DNA of 64,000 bases from Amphiscolops sp. MND2022 (taxonomy: Eukaryota), in assembly GCA_964187785.1 (NCBI GenBank), contig OZ076412.1, positions 30,938,001 to 31,002,000 on the forward strand. The letters are read 5' to 3'. Shown here piece after piece: positions 13,342-23,800 of this stretch. A program made the position numbers and the translations under genes. The notes beneath the pieces were generated by a model, which was not told where the DNA came from, did not search any database, and saw nothing but the letters and a program-made list of their open reading frames with translations. Position 1 is the stretch's first letter. The number at the start of each line of letters is the position of its first letter.

Positions 13342-13672
13342 GTATAGAAGCGAATTCGGAGAATCAGTTGAAGAAACGTGAATGCGGAATGAATTAATCT
13401 CATCTAAGTTGCATGGATCAAATTCATTTTGCAGCCTTAACATAAATCCAGAACGACCAAACTTTAGTTCTTAACAACTATCATTCACTTAATGAGGTAT
13501 TTATTTTAACTTCAGCACGAATAAACTGCCAACGACCGTGTTCGAAGCTCAGAAAGTGCAGAAACTTCGAGCGTCATGGAAGCCTTTTTTGAAAAATATC
13601 GTAATTCCACAGTGCCAAATCAACAACAACAACAAAAATTTTGGGGCTGAAAGACTTTCTTCTGAATCTATA

Positions 13673-14923
13673 GGAAAACTCGTCGAAAACAACTCGTCGA
13701 AAAAAACTCGCAGAAAACAACTGGTCGAAAATACTAGGCGGAAAACTCGTCGAAAAGCAACTCGCCGAAAATTCACCGGCGGAAAACTCGGCGCAAGAAT
13801 AGAAATTAATCTCAGACAAATATAGCGCTAACTTTGTGATCGTACTGTGTTATTAAGTTCCAAATTATTTTGAAGTATTACACTATTAACTATAAAAGTG
13901 AAACATTTCAAGCAATTTTATAACTACGTAGGAAAGCTATATTATGCGCGAAACTAAAAATCATTTAAATAAAGTTAATCCATAATTAGCACAATTAGAA
14001 CTGAATAATCCTTGTTTGTAATCTGGAATTATTCGACGAGTTTGCACTCAATTATCATTCGACGAGTTTCCCGCCCTTTATTTTCGTTATTTTCGACGAG
14101 TTGTTTTCGACGAGTTGTGTAACGGCAAGCAGTTATCGGTCGCTTAACGCGTTAACAGAGGTGGAGGAACCTGCAGGAATGGGTGAATCGCTCGGGACAG
14201 GCGCCCATCGCCACAGATCCATTTTGCCTCCAGGGGTGAAATACGTCCCGGGGCCGCGGGTGCTTCGACGAATACCGTCCAACCGGTCCTAGTCTTTGAT
14301 TGCTAATAATAACGGGCATCTTTTTGACTCTCTAAAGACCACCGCTTAACTAGCATATAAAAACAATGCCAAGAATAAGGTAAATTTCCAGTTCCAGGGT
14401 GACATGTGAATAAGATCTAAAATTGGGTAATAAGATCTAAACTAGCGCTAGCGCTACTGAATACAGCCAAAATCACTGAAAATACATGAAAACAGGCACG
14501 AATATGGCAAACCACACAGCTACAAGCTGGGGCGCAGGGGCTCCAAGCACCAAACAAGGACAATTAAGCAAAAAGTCTCATTTTACCGGTTTCTGCTACA
14601 TAGGGTAGCATAATGCTGAAACTCGATAAAACCGGGGTTAGCACCTCAAAAAGAGTCTCTTTTCGGATGTTCTTGCCGTCTCTGGCTTCTGTCATGGCGG
14701 CGCGCCCGTGTTTTTGCTCGTTCTTGCTCTTTGTTGTCGAAGTACCTGCCAATTTCGTGGAAACAGCGAAAAGAGCAATCACATGCTCAGTGCCACGTCA
14801 CACATCGGATTAGAATTTTTCACAAAATTTCTGATCATGTCAAAGTAGCAAAATCGGTTGATATTGCTGTACCAGAGCTTGCCGTTACATTGCATTCGGC
14901 GAGTTGTTTTCGACGAGTTTTCC
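13673..14923. mobile_element. MITE/foldback-like element with subterminal tandem repeats, interrupted by a solo LTR
   Basis: Perfect 24-bp terminal inverted repeat ggaaaactcgtcgaaaacaactcg (13673) / cgagttgttttcgacgagttttcc (14900-14923), plus internal aactcgtcgaa / ttcgacgagtt subrepeats. Confidence 0.65.
14118..14889. mobile_element. Solo LTR (772 bp)
   Basis: 13-bp perfect terminal inverted repeat TGTAACGGCAAGC...GCTTGCCGTTACA, flanked by TTG on both sides. A TATAAAA lies at ~14357 on +. A diverged relative starts at 61316. Confidence 0.85.
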
Positions 14924-15043
14924 GCATACCCTTATTTCTCACTAGAAACATCAGAAACCCAAAGAAAACGCCTTTACGTAATCGAATGACATATACCTCC
15001 TTTGTTATCAATTTTTGATCAAATTTTTGATTTATTGTGGTAT

Positions 15044-15762
15044 TGTAACGACCGGCTAGCGGCGCACATCCCGGAAGTGGGACAATGCCTAGGATGCTTA
15101 AACAGGAGACCGTTGTCTTACTACACTCCTAGACACTGGCTTTTCTCCCAAAATGGTCTCCATGGGGGACTTTTCTAACGTCTAAGGAGACTCCTCTAGT
15201 TAGAGCTCCGAGGCGACGTGCCGGCACTCTCAAAGTCCGGACACGCCCCACAAGCCTGTAAAAACGTTCCTACATAATCCTAAGCCTTCCTACGACTTCC
15301 TACATACTTCCGAGGTCCAAAAAGTGTTTATCCAAAAAATACCATTTTGACAGTTAGGGACATGAAATGCTGACCTAGAAGGTCTGGCATAAGCAAAACA
15401 GAAAAATATATTACGAATCAACAAATTAAGGGGGACGAGCCCCAAAAGGGAGTACAGTTACTGTTTGTAGGTTTTCGGTAATCCAGTCATGTCATTCTGG
15501 AACGGATTTGCATTCTCTCCCAGAGGGATGGCATAACACCGGGTAGCACTCGTCACATTCGGCTCTGTGCGAATCTTCATGTCAATAGTCATCCTGCTTT
15601 CTGGTTCCTTTCTTCTTTACTCTTTTTTCGCGTGCTCTCTCTCTCTTTTTTCCTTTTTGTTTGTTTCAACGACCTGCCAGGTCGGCCATTTTGACTCGCA
15701 CACTTTCTGGTTCTTGATCGAATTTTTCATCGAAAATTTGGTGCTGAGTGGTGGACGTTACA
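15044..15762 (-). repeat. 3' LTR of giant Gypsy (719 bp)
   Basis: Matches 33529-34245 except for 3 substitutions and a 2-bp indel in a CT/T tract. Confidence 0.97.
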
Positions 15763-15770
15763 TCCTCCCC
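15763..15770 (-). promoter_or_regulatory. Polypurine tract (GGGGAGGA) abutting 3' LTR
   Basis: tcctcccc on + immediately after the LTR end. Confidence 0.85.
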
Positions 15771-16355
15771 GGGCCGTAGTTTGTCGTCCTCGGCAAACGA
15801 GAGGATGTTCGCACCCGAAGGGTACTCTGAGATTTACACAAAAATTGTTACATTAGAGCTGAACTAAATTGATCTCACATTACTATTCTTTTCGTTTCGT
15901 TACTGCATGTTTAGCATTCCAAAGCCATCAAATTCAAAAAGCACTAGTTTCGAGGTTAAAAACTCTACAGTCGGCTGTTTAAAAAAAAGAAACTTTTTTA
16001 CTAATTACTCAGTCCAATTTAAAATTTCTTTTTCCAAAATTGGGCCCCTGCGCGGCCAGGTGAGTAACAACAGCTTTTGGGCTTAGTAGAAATTTTGAAT
16101 TCAAATCAAAACGGGAGGGTACCGAACCGGGACCCGCCCAGAGGACGTAGCGATATCGTATTGTTGCATTGGTAGCATAGTAAAGTAAATATCAAACAAA
16201 AAATTTTGAAATCAAACTTTATTGCACCGAAAGTTTTCAGCACCAGTGAGATAGCGTAGCATAACTAAAACCAAAAGTTTGCACCAATGTTTTGACGATA
16301 AGGTCTTCTGTGCTTTACAGTATTCCAGTGGTGTTGGAGGGTCCAGAGGACTCCT

Positions 16356-17390
16356 TTATCCCAACAGCTGATCTTGTGGGGCTTCCTGCGTGGAAGTGCT
16401 GGCCATGGTGTTCACTGCATTTTGGACGGCCGAATCGGGTGCCTCGGAGGGGGGCGATGATTCCTCATCCATAGTCAGTAGGTTGTTAAGCTCCGACTCT
16501 ATGTCCGCCGCCTCCATGTTTGAGATACTAGTCTCCACTTCGTCTCTTACAGGGGTAGCGGCATCAGAGAGTGTGAAATTATTGTCGGTCATGGGCTCCT
16601 CTGATGGTGGCATGACGTTTGAGATATCGTCTTGTACCCCTTCCATCAATGACTCATCGGTGTCTTGAGTGAGGTGTGATGTGGGAGGGACGGTCTGGGG
16701 GCTGCCAGAGGCAGCTTCGCCCAACCCGCTAGTTCCCGGGATAGCTTCGGTTGGCTCCAGGTTTGGCAGTCCGTCCGCCAGTTCTTGATGACCATGCTGG
16801 GTGAATAGCTGCTTAAATGTTTGTATTCCCCTAGCGTACTGTTCGCCTACAGCTCGAGTCTGTTCTCGCTGGAGACCATGCAGGCGCACGAATATCTCTA
16901 GCGCAATGCGCGGGTTACTGGGAACGTCTTTGCTCACGGGCAGGTCCTTCCTGTTGGGTTCTCTCGCTACAGTTGGAACAGTTGTTAGCAGCTGTTGAAA
17001 TGTCTGGTGGATGGCGAGGTCTACGAGTTCCGGCTGGGCCCAGCACGTGATGGTATTTAGAATTCTGGCGGTATGATCACGGGGCTCCGCTCTTGCACAG
17101 TACACCCTGGAAGTGTCGCATGCATAGGGATATAACAATCCAGTTGGCTCCTCTCCTTTCCGGCGACCACCCAATCTTTGGATAATCGTACTCAAGATGC
17201 GCAAGACAACTGGCACGTCCCACCCATCAAAAGTTGCCACTGTTCCATTGTTTGGGTTAAGGGGGGCATGTAGCCAAGCGACCGGGTGGATTTCCATTGG
17301 CAGTGGGAGCGAGCTGCGTGCTCGCGCTTTGATCGTCATTAGGTAGTTGTGCTCCACCTGTTGGCGGTCTTTGATTATGGTGTATGCCAT
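16356..17390 (-). CDS. Accessory ORF3 (344 aa, unknown function; globular-looking N-half, acidic disordered C-half)
   Basis: Uninterrupted ORF with ATG 30 nt after the ORF2 stop, same strand as gag-pol. No motif recognised. Confidence 0.8.
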   Translation of the reverse strand: MAYTIIKDRQQVEHNYLMTIKARARSSLPLPMEIHPVAWLHAPLNPNNGTVATFDGWDVPVVLRILSTIIQRLGGRRKGEEPTGLLYPYACDTSRVYCARAEPRDHTARILNTITCWAQPELVDLAIHQTFQQLLTTVPTVAREPNRKDLPVSKDVPSNPRIALEIFVRLHGLQREQTRAVGEQYARGIQTFKQLFTQHGHQELADGLPNLEPTEAIPGTSGLGEAASGSPQTVPPTSHLTQDTDESLMEGVQDDISNVMPPSEEPMTDNNFTLSDAATPVRDEVETSISNMEAADIESELNNLLTMDEESSPPSEAPDSAVQNAVNTMASTSTQEAPQDQLLG

Positions 17391-17419
17391 GGGAGGTCGC
17401 AGGTTGGCGAAGTTGTGTA

Positions 17420-19258
17420 TTATTGATTGATAGGTGGGACCCTGAAAAGCCCATTGGAGGTCACAAAGTGTAGAATTGAGAGCGATGGGGCTACTGCAGC
17501 CACTCGCAAGGCCTGCGTGGGATACCGCAAGGCCATAACTGCGCCGAAGATGGGCCAGATTATAGGAGCGATGAATGGGATCAGGTCCTCTGTTTCCACG
17601 AGCATCAATGTTGCCATTTGTGTCGGGAACAGGAACCCTGGAAGCTGACTAGGGTCTCGGTTGATAGCCGGGCACTCATCCAGAGGATGCATGATGCCAG
17701 CAACATTGACCAAGGTGGAATAAATCCATACCAGGAGAGCTTGAATGTTTAAATCTAGTTGCGCTTTCAACTTCAAGGAACCCACCGGGTCCAGAGTTTC
17801 AATGAGCGCATATATCCAGCTCCTTTGATTTTGCGAAAAGACCAAGAAGCTAAACAGGGCTGAGCCTCCTTTGTTAAGCACGAGTTTTTGTATGAGGGAT
17901 GACGGTCCTCGGTACATCATAGTCAACCCCACGGCCATCAAATATGCTAACATTTCGCTGATGGTGGCTCTTTCCATGGCGTCCATGTACAAGCGCATCC
18001 GTTGTTCATCTAGGCCGTACTCCGCCTGTACTAGGGAGGGAAGCCAGAATGGAGAGCTGTTGTGAAGGAACACAGGAAGTGGTATGCCTAACCGCTCCGC
18101 GACTTGGCTTAGAGGTTCCCGCAGTTGGTCGTGCCATGTTTGGTACGTGTGTGTTGGTTCTCGAGTATTCCTTCGTATGATATCTTGGGCCAGTATTGAC
18201 AGCATGGCTAAGGTGGGTGATTTTAGCCCAGGTTCAGCGTCCACCGACACTTGCGCTATAGGGAAGATGGACGAGTTCTTCCTATCGCCTTGAATCGTTT
18301 CAGTTTTCTTCATCAGGCTCGTGAGTTCTTTGTGGAACTTGGGTTCGTGCGTCTTTTCATCCAGGGTGGATTCATCCCGGCGTTCAAACCAGAGGTTATC
18401 CACCAGGTTATCACGCTCATTCTCGTTTGGATCTTTTACTATCCGGTCTCCGCGCTCGTTCATCGATCGACGGGCCATTTCCATGCCATAGTCGAACGCT
18501 GTGGCCTCATCTATTATCATTTGGGAATTGCCGCGGTAACCAACGTATGACTGGAGGGCCTTGGAGACTTCGGCGATGAAGGCCGGGTATGAAGCTTCGC
18601 AGGGACGCCAACTGTTGTTATTGATGCGTAGGTTGGGCGCCACAATGTAGAAAGGCAGATCTCTCGCATATGCGGCCTCCGTCACTAAGTACAAGAATTG
18701 TTGAAGGGTCCGGGGAAGGTACACGTAGCCTGGAGGTGACATGAACACTGTCCCAGTGGTGGCTTTCTTTCTGCGCATGGCTTGGACAATGTTGGCCATG
18801 GTCTCCACATAGTTAGTTACTTCGTCAGTGACGAACCCCTCGGTGAACCTCTCGTGATCCGGCCGGAAAAATTCCAGGGTGCCCCGCAGAGCGAGGTGGT
18901 CTATCACGTTCGAATACACCAACAACGGAGGAAGTGGGAAGGTCTCTGTTCCCGCTTGGGTGAACATTTTGTCAGTCACCTCGGCCATCTCGTTCAGTGT
19001 GGTACAAGGCATATTCAGTATTCTGACATCCATGAGGGTGTTGTGGGAATTGAAGGAAGACTTCATCGTCGAGTCGACGAAGAAGGCTATCCTAGTTTTC
19101 TGTAGGAGGTCCTTTCCCATGGGCAAGATTGTAACAGGGTCCCGTGCATAGTTCTTGGTTCGCAAGCGGTCTTCGTCAAAGCGGCCGGGGCGCTGTCGGA
19201 GGAAGCTGTCGGGAACACGCATGTACGTTGAGTTCACTCTCTCCAGTTCTGCCCGCAT
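17420..19258 (-). CDS. Accessory ORF2, C-terminal part (612 aa) with SGNH/GDSL-hydrolase-like domain
   Basis: RIAFFVDSTMK (GDS-like block I), VRILNMPCTTLNEM (block II-like), LLVYSNVIDHL (block III-like), TVFMSPPG. No DxxH block V (NSWRP instead). In frame with 19268-20518. Confidence 0.8.
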   Translation of the reverse strand: MRAELERVNSTYMRVPDSFLRQRPGRFDEDRLRTKNYARDPVTILPMGKDLLQKTRIAFFVDSTMKSSFNSHNTLMDVRILNMPCTTLNEMAEVTDKMFTQAGTETFPLPPLLVYSNVIDHLALRGTLEFFRPDHERFTEGFVTDEVTNYVETMANIVQAMRRKKATTGTVFMSPPGYVYLPRTLQQFLYLVTEAAYARDLPFYIVAPNLRINNNSWRPCEASYPAFIAEVSKALQSYVGYRGNSQMIIDEATAFDYGMEMARRSMNERGDRIVKDPNENERDNLVDNLWFERRDESTLDEKTHEPKFHKELTSLMKKTETIQGDRKNSSIFPIAQVSVDAEPGLKSPTLAMLSILAQDIIRRNTREPTHTYQTWHDQLREPLSQVAERLGIPLPVFLHNSSPFWLPSLVQAEYGLDEQRMRLYMDAMERATISEMLAYLMAVGLTMMYRGPSSLIQKLVLNKGGSALFSFLVFSQNQRSWIYALIETLDPVGSLKLKAQLDLNIQALLVWIYSTLVNVAGIMHPLDECPAINRDPSQLPGFLFPTQMATLMLVETEDLIPFIAPIIWPIFGAVMALRYPTQALRVAAVAPSLSILHFVTSNGLFRVPPINQ

Positions 19259-19267
19259 GCGGTTGAA

Positions 19268-20470
19268 CTATGGGGGGCACCCGTCCCGAGTGAACACGGG
19301 TTTCTTGACGGGGCGATTGTAGAGTACTCCCACTGTGGCTTTCTCTATTTTCTGCCTAGTGGTGAGGTCCCCTGTCCCAGTAGCGACCTCGAACTTCTGT
19401 CGTAGTGGGTCTTCTGGTGACGTCGTGGTTGGCACTTCCCGCTGGAGACGCAGTGCGTCGCGTGCAGTGATGTCCAGCTGCCGTTTTTCTGCATGTGTGA
19501 GGAGCTCGCGCGTTACTCTCGGTCTCCTGGTCTCTGGTCGTGTGGGCGATGCAGCAGGGGTTTGCGGGGTAGTGGTCGAGCTCGATTGCCCAGCCTGCTC
19601 GGCTGCCTCTCTAGCTCGCTTTCCAGCGTGAATCTTCTCCCGGAGGTCTACCACGGTGTTGGCCGCCTTGCTCTCAGCTTTCTGCTGTTCTCGTTGGCGT
19701 TCTCGCAATTGTGGATCCATCTGGAAGCCTACTAGGCTGGCTGGTTCCGAGATTTGTGGTTCGGTTCTGGAGGACGTTTGGATCAATTTTTCATAAGAGT
19801 CCTTAAACGTCACTGTTCTCGCGGGGCGGCTCTCTCTGGGCTGTTCCTCGCTCAGGGTGGTGCTTGTTGTGTTGCCTACTTGCACCCCTTCCCCCTGAAA
19901 GGCAGATGGAAGCATGAAGTTGGATGTCTGGGTTGTCAGTAGTCGGATGCCGTCCGATGCCAGAGGCATGGGCGGTGTTAGCACTGGGGGTGGCACCATT
20001 GGCAGTGTGCAGCTGAATCGTACAGGGTGTGGTGAGGGCAACGGGGTTGTAGTTGGTGTCTGCACTGCCGATTGCGAAATGCGCAGTGATCGCTCCTGGT
20101 CCATGGGAGGCCTAGTAGGCTCTCCAAAGACTATGTGGGAGCGGGGATCTATCAGGCTATGGGTCAAGTCGTACCCGTGCCAGGCACCGTCGCGAAAGGT
20201 GGCAGAGCGCTCTATCGGGCCGACCCGGCTGGTGATGGTGAGGCTGACATCGGAGTACGCCGCCTGGGCTTGGATTTTTGCGATGATCATGGCAAAGCCA
20301 GCGATCATTGTGGGTGTCGCTCCGTTTAGTAGAGTGTCTTGAACAAGAGCTAGTTGGTCGACTCCACCATCTATTTCGCTCATCATTGGAGGTGCATCGC
20401 TCCTTGTGGTTTGTTGGGCACGCGCAGCGTTTTGGGGTGCAGGCAGGCGGTTTCGCGCAGATGCGTCCAT
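19268..20470 (-). CDS. Accessory ORF2, N-terminal part (Pro/Thr/Ser-rich, short coiled-coil); separated from the C-terminal part by one in-frame TAG
   Basis: First ATG at 20470 (the track start at 20518 is TTG). Reads CCC CCA TAG TTC AAC CGC ATG directly into 19258 in the same frame. Confidence 0.75.
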   Translation of the reverse strand: MDASARNRLPAPQNAARAQQTTRSDAPPMMSEIDGGVDQLALVQDTLLNGATPTMIAGFAMIIAKIQAQAAYSDVSLTITSRVGPIERSATFRDGAWHGYDLTHSLIDPRSHIVFGEPTRPPMDQERSLRISQSAVQTPTTTPLPSPHPVRFSCTLPMVPPPVLTPPMPLASDGIRLLTTQTSNFMLPSAFQGEGVQVGNTTSTTLSEEQPRESRPARTVTFKDSYEKLIQTSSRTEPQISEPASLVGFQMDPQLRERQREQQKAESKAANTVVDLREKIHAGKRAREAAEQAGQSSSTTTPQTPAASPTRPETRRPRVTRELLTHAEKRQLDITARDALRLQREVPTTTSPEDPLRQKFEVATGTGDLTTRQKIEKATVGVLYNRPVKKPVFTRDGCPP

Positions 20471-20801
20471 TGGAAATGATGATAAAGGAGTGTTTAGCAC
20501 CGAAGATTGCGATGGCAAGACTGATTTGGTGTGATAACTGGGGAAGCCGCGCAGAGGCGAAGCAACAGGACAAAATTGAAAAACAGGTCACAGTTGGGGT
20601 TAAAACGTCATGCAAACGGATGGTCACTCAAACTTTTTAGGACGAGCACACAAAACATAAGGCTAAAAGGTTCATGTGGTTATTACTAAAACTTGCACTC
20701 ACCGGTGCATTATTGTTAAAACCTAAAGTGCTTTCCAAGTTACAAAAGGCAATACAAAAGGCCAGTGGCCTGATTTGCCAAGAAGAGAGCGAAACGTGTT
20801 C

Positions 20802-23800
20802 CTAACTACCGCCAAAATCGACTGACGTCACCGATGCTATCGAGACATAGACGCGATCGTGCAAGATTATCGCAATATTCTGGTCTGCAAAGTGATCGCG
20901 TAGCGTGGCGTACCAGGCTGGTAGGAGGTTCATCGACCGCTCGGGATCATACATGGGCAAGTGGATTCTGGTAATTCGGTTTCGATGGAGCTGGAATATC
21001 AAATTCGTCAAACACGCATGGAGTACTTCATGTAAGAGTGGGTGTTTATTCGATGCTCGGGTACATAGAAGGAAAATTTCGTTATTCCAAGGTGCAGTTG
21101 GCGAGCGGACTAAACGAATTGCGGTGCCAACTGCCGGCCTTAGGCGAAATATGTTTTCCTGACCGTATTCGCGAATAACATAACGGGTGGTGGCAGAGTA
21201 GGAGAGCAAATCTGCAGGGCAACACAGTATCACAGTGCCAGGGGCCTGCAGGATATCTGTATTGGCATAAGTTATCCAAGGTAGGTAGTTCGGCCTGGTC
21301 TTGGGCTGGGTTATGAGCCATTTACCAGTGGTATTACTCTGGTCACCATCAGGTTGGGGTGCTAGATGCTGTAAGATCGCTTTGCGGTCCTCCCAGACGG
21401 TGCGTCGTAGCGGTCTACCTCCCATGTTGGTGGATGACCAATCGTGTGCTATGGAGAGTGCTTCGTTGACCGTGACAGGTTTTTCCGGCGTATAAGATTG
21501 CCGATCCAAGAAGTATATCTTCGCATGTCGGCAGAAGATGACCGCAATCAATTGTAGCCAATGTTGGCTTAGGAACTTTCCGCGATGGATGTCGGCCAGG
21601 TGGAAACAGAGTGTACTCTCAGGTTCCGTTACAGTGCGCAAGCTCTCTAAGCACATCAACAGCGTTGTGGGAGACACCAACGTCGTTGCGTCGAGAGAGG
21701 TGACGAGTAGCCACCATCCTTTGGTGGGCTGGTGTATGTCTCCCGGCGGGGAGGCAATGCGGTATTTCTCCCAGAGTTGGTGTGCGGTGATACAGCGAAC
21801 CATTTCCGGGCTGCTATCCTCTTCCGCTAGCTCGCCGAACGTTATTGAGGGTGGCAAGGGCGGTATAATGGCATGGAGAGTGAACTCCAGACCGCCTCGG
21901 TGAGGTGGTGTCCACTCCTTGAATCGGTAAGTGGGGCAGTCGGAGGGAGATGTCGCGTGCATTGCTCTGAGCGTTTCTTCCAGCGGTGGTATCACTTCTC
22001 GCTCTACACTAGTGAATGTTTTCTCTACCGTGATGATTAGGTGGTGTACCAGCGGAGGGGCCTCAACTTTTTCTCGCTGGGCTTGCACAGTCAGGATTTC
22101 GTGTTGTGGATGATATGGTGCCCTGGCCATTGAGAGTTCCCTTGCAGGGATGACCGCTCCCCGGGCCAATCGGTGGTCCGGTGAGTCGCAGGCCAGTCGC
22201 TTGACGCAATTACAGTTGCGGGAACCACAGGTTCCACACTTGTACCGCGGTGCTCTATTGGCTCGCAGTTGATATTGTAATGTTTGCGATGACGGTCCCA
22301 TCTCAGAGTTCCGGTTTTCCGGTGGTGATTGGGTCTCGGGTATCTCTGGTAGTGTCATGGCTCGGTCCAATATTCGAGGGGGTGCACGAGTGCTTACCCT
22401 TGTCTTAGGGCCTCTTCTGGGTCGCGTGGTTTGTGTTCGCGAAGATGTTGTGGTCTTACTGGATGGTATGGTGCGGGGTCGTCCTCGACCTGGCGGTCGG
22501 CCTCGAGGCCGTCCTCTGCGGTTGGTGGTATCGGGTTGTGTTGAGCACTGGACTGGACTTCGATGGACCATCTCCTCCTCGCCCTCGGTTCCTGACGGTG
22601 GTTTTATTTCCACGGGACTGATTGGGTCCTCCGATCGGGGGACAAACAGGGGAAAGTTGCTTAGGGTATCCGTCAGAGACGGATTAGATAGTAGCGGGGC
22701 CGAGGTCCCTGAGGGGGATGGTATCAGACTCGGAGGTGCGGCTGGCTGAACTTCCTCCTGGTCGGAGTACAGTGGCTCTAGGTCGTCTAGGTCGGGGAAC
22801 ACCGCTGGCGGTGCTGGGTTCTGGACCGTCGGTTCATTCTCTTCCCTTTCTGAGTCCGAGTCAGAAGGATATCCGAAGTGGCTGAATCTTCTTCGGGGTA
22901 TTCCTTGCTCGAGGGCTGTTTGCGTACGAGTCTGAATGGTGCGGGGTGGGACCGATCCTGTCGGCTCCATTTCGAACGACGCTTCCGGAAGTTGTTCTGG
23001 TAGGAAAGAGTCTCGAGAGATGTCCGACGTTATCTCCTCGTTGCTTTCCTCTACGTACGGATCGGCAATAATGGCTACATTCTGGTCCAGCCCAAAGGGC
23101 TGGTGTGCAGCCCAGTCCCAGGGGGCGGGCACGTGTCTTTTCAATCTTTCGTAATGGACCTTTTGACCGGTGTCTAGCACATATAGTCGTCCGTCCTGCA
23201 ACACATCAGTCACCTTGTGGGGTCCACGCCATGCGCGGATCAGCATGCGGGTGCCACCCTTTGGTATGATATGGCAGAACACCCACACCGCATCGCCTAC
23301 GGCGTGCGCTTTGGCCTTGAGGTGGCGGTCAAACTTTAGCTTTTGCCTTAGCTGTGCTTGGTGCGTGTTTCTTCTAACTAGTTCATGGATTTCTTGTTGC
23401 CTGGCCAGAAGGTGTTCTACGAATTCTTCTTTGGAGTTGAATCCTCGCGCAGCAAACTCCGGGTAGATGAATGACAAGGGAATGGACTTTTCGGCTCCAT
23501 GTTGGAGCATGTAGGGAGAGAATCCCGTGGTGGCGTGCCTAGTTGAGTTGTAGGCACCAAGGATTCCATCGATGTGCTCGTCCCAATCCTGCATTCGCCG
23601 TGACGTGTAGACTCGGAGCAGCGTAAGCAGTGTTCGGTTCTGTCTCTCCACAAGTCCATTTCCTCGGGGGTGCGCCGGTGTGGATGTCACTTTTGTCACC
23701 TGTGACGCCTTCATTAACTCCTGCGCGATTTCAGCTGTGAAATTCGTGGCATTATCCGACTGCATACGGGCTGGAGTGCCGTGCCTGGCAAACCATTTAT

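Noticed and set aside
13280-14120. Short periodic repeats (GAC/GAT runs; aactcgtcgaa units) as a CRISPR array
   Set aside because: No constant repeat with unique spacers and no cas genes. The GAT/GAC runs encode poly-Asp in exons, and the others are MITE subterminal repeats.
16356-20518. Accessory ORFs as an env gene
   Set aside because: No N-terminal signal peptide, no furin-type cleavage site, and no ectodomain-TM-tail layout.
22900-23260. Chromodomain after the integrase core
   Set aside because: Only a GPY/F-like segment followed by an acidic disordered linker; no aromatic-cage chromodomain pattern.
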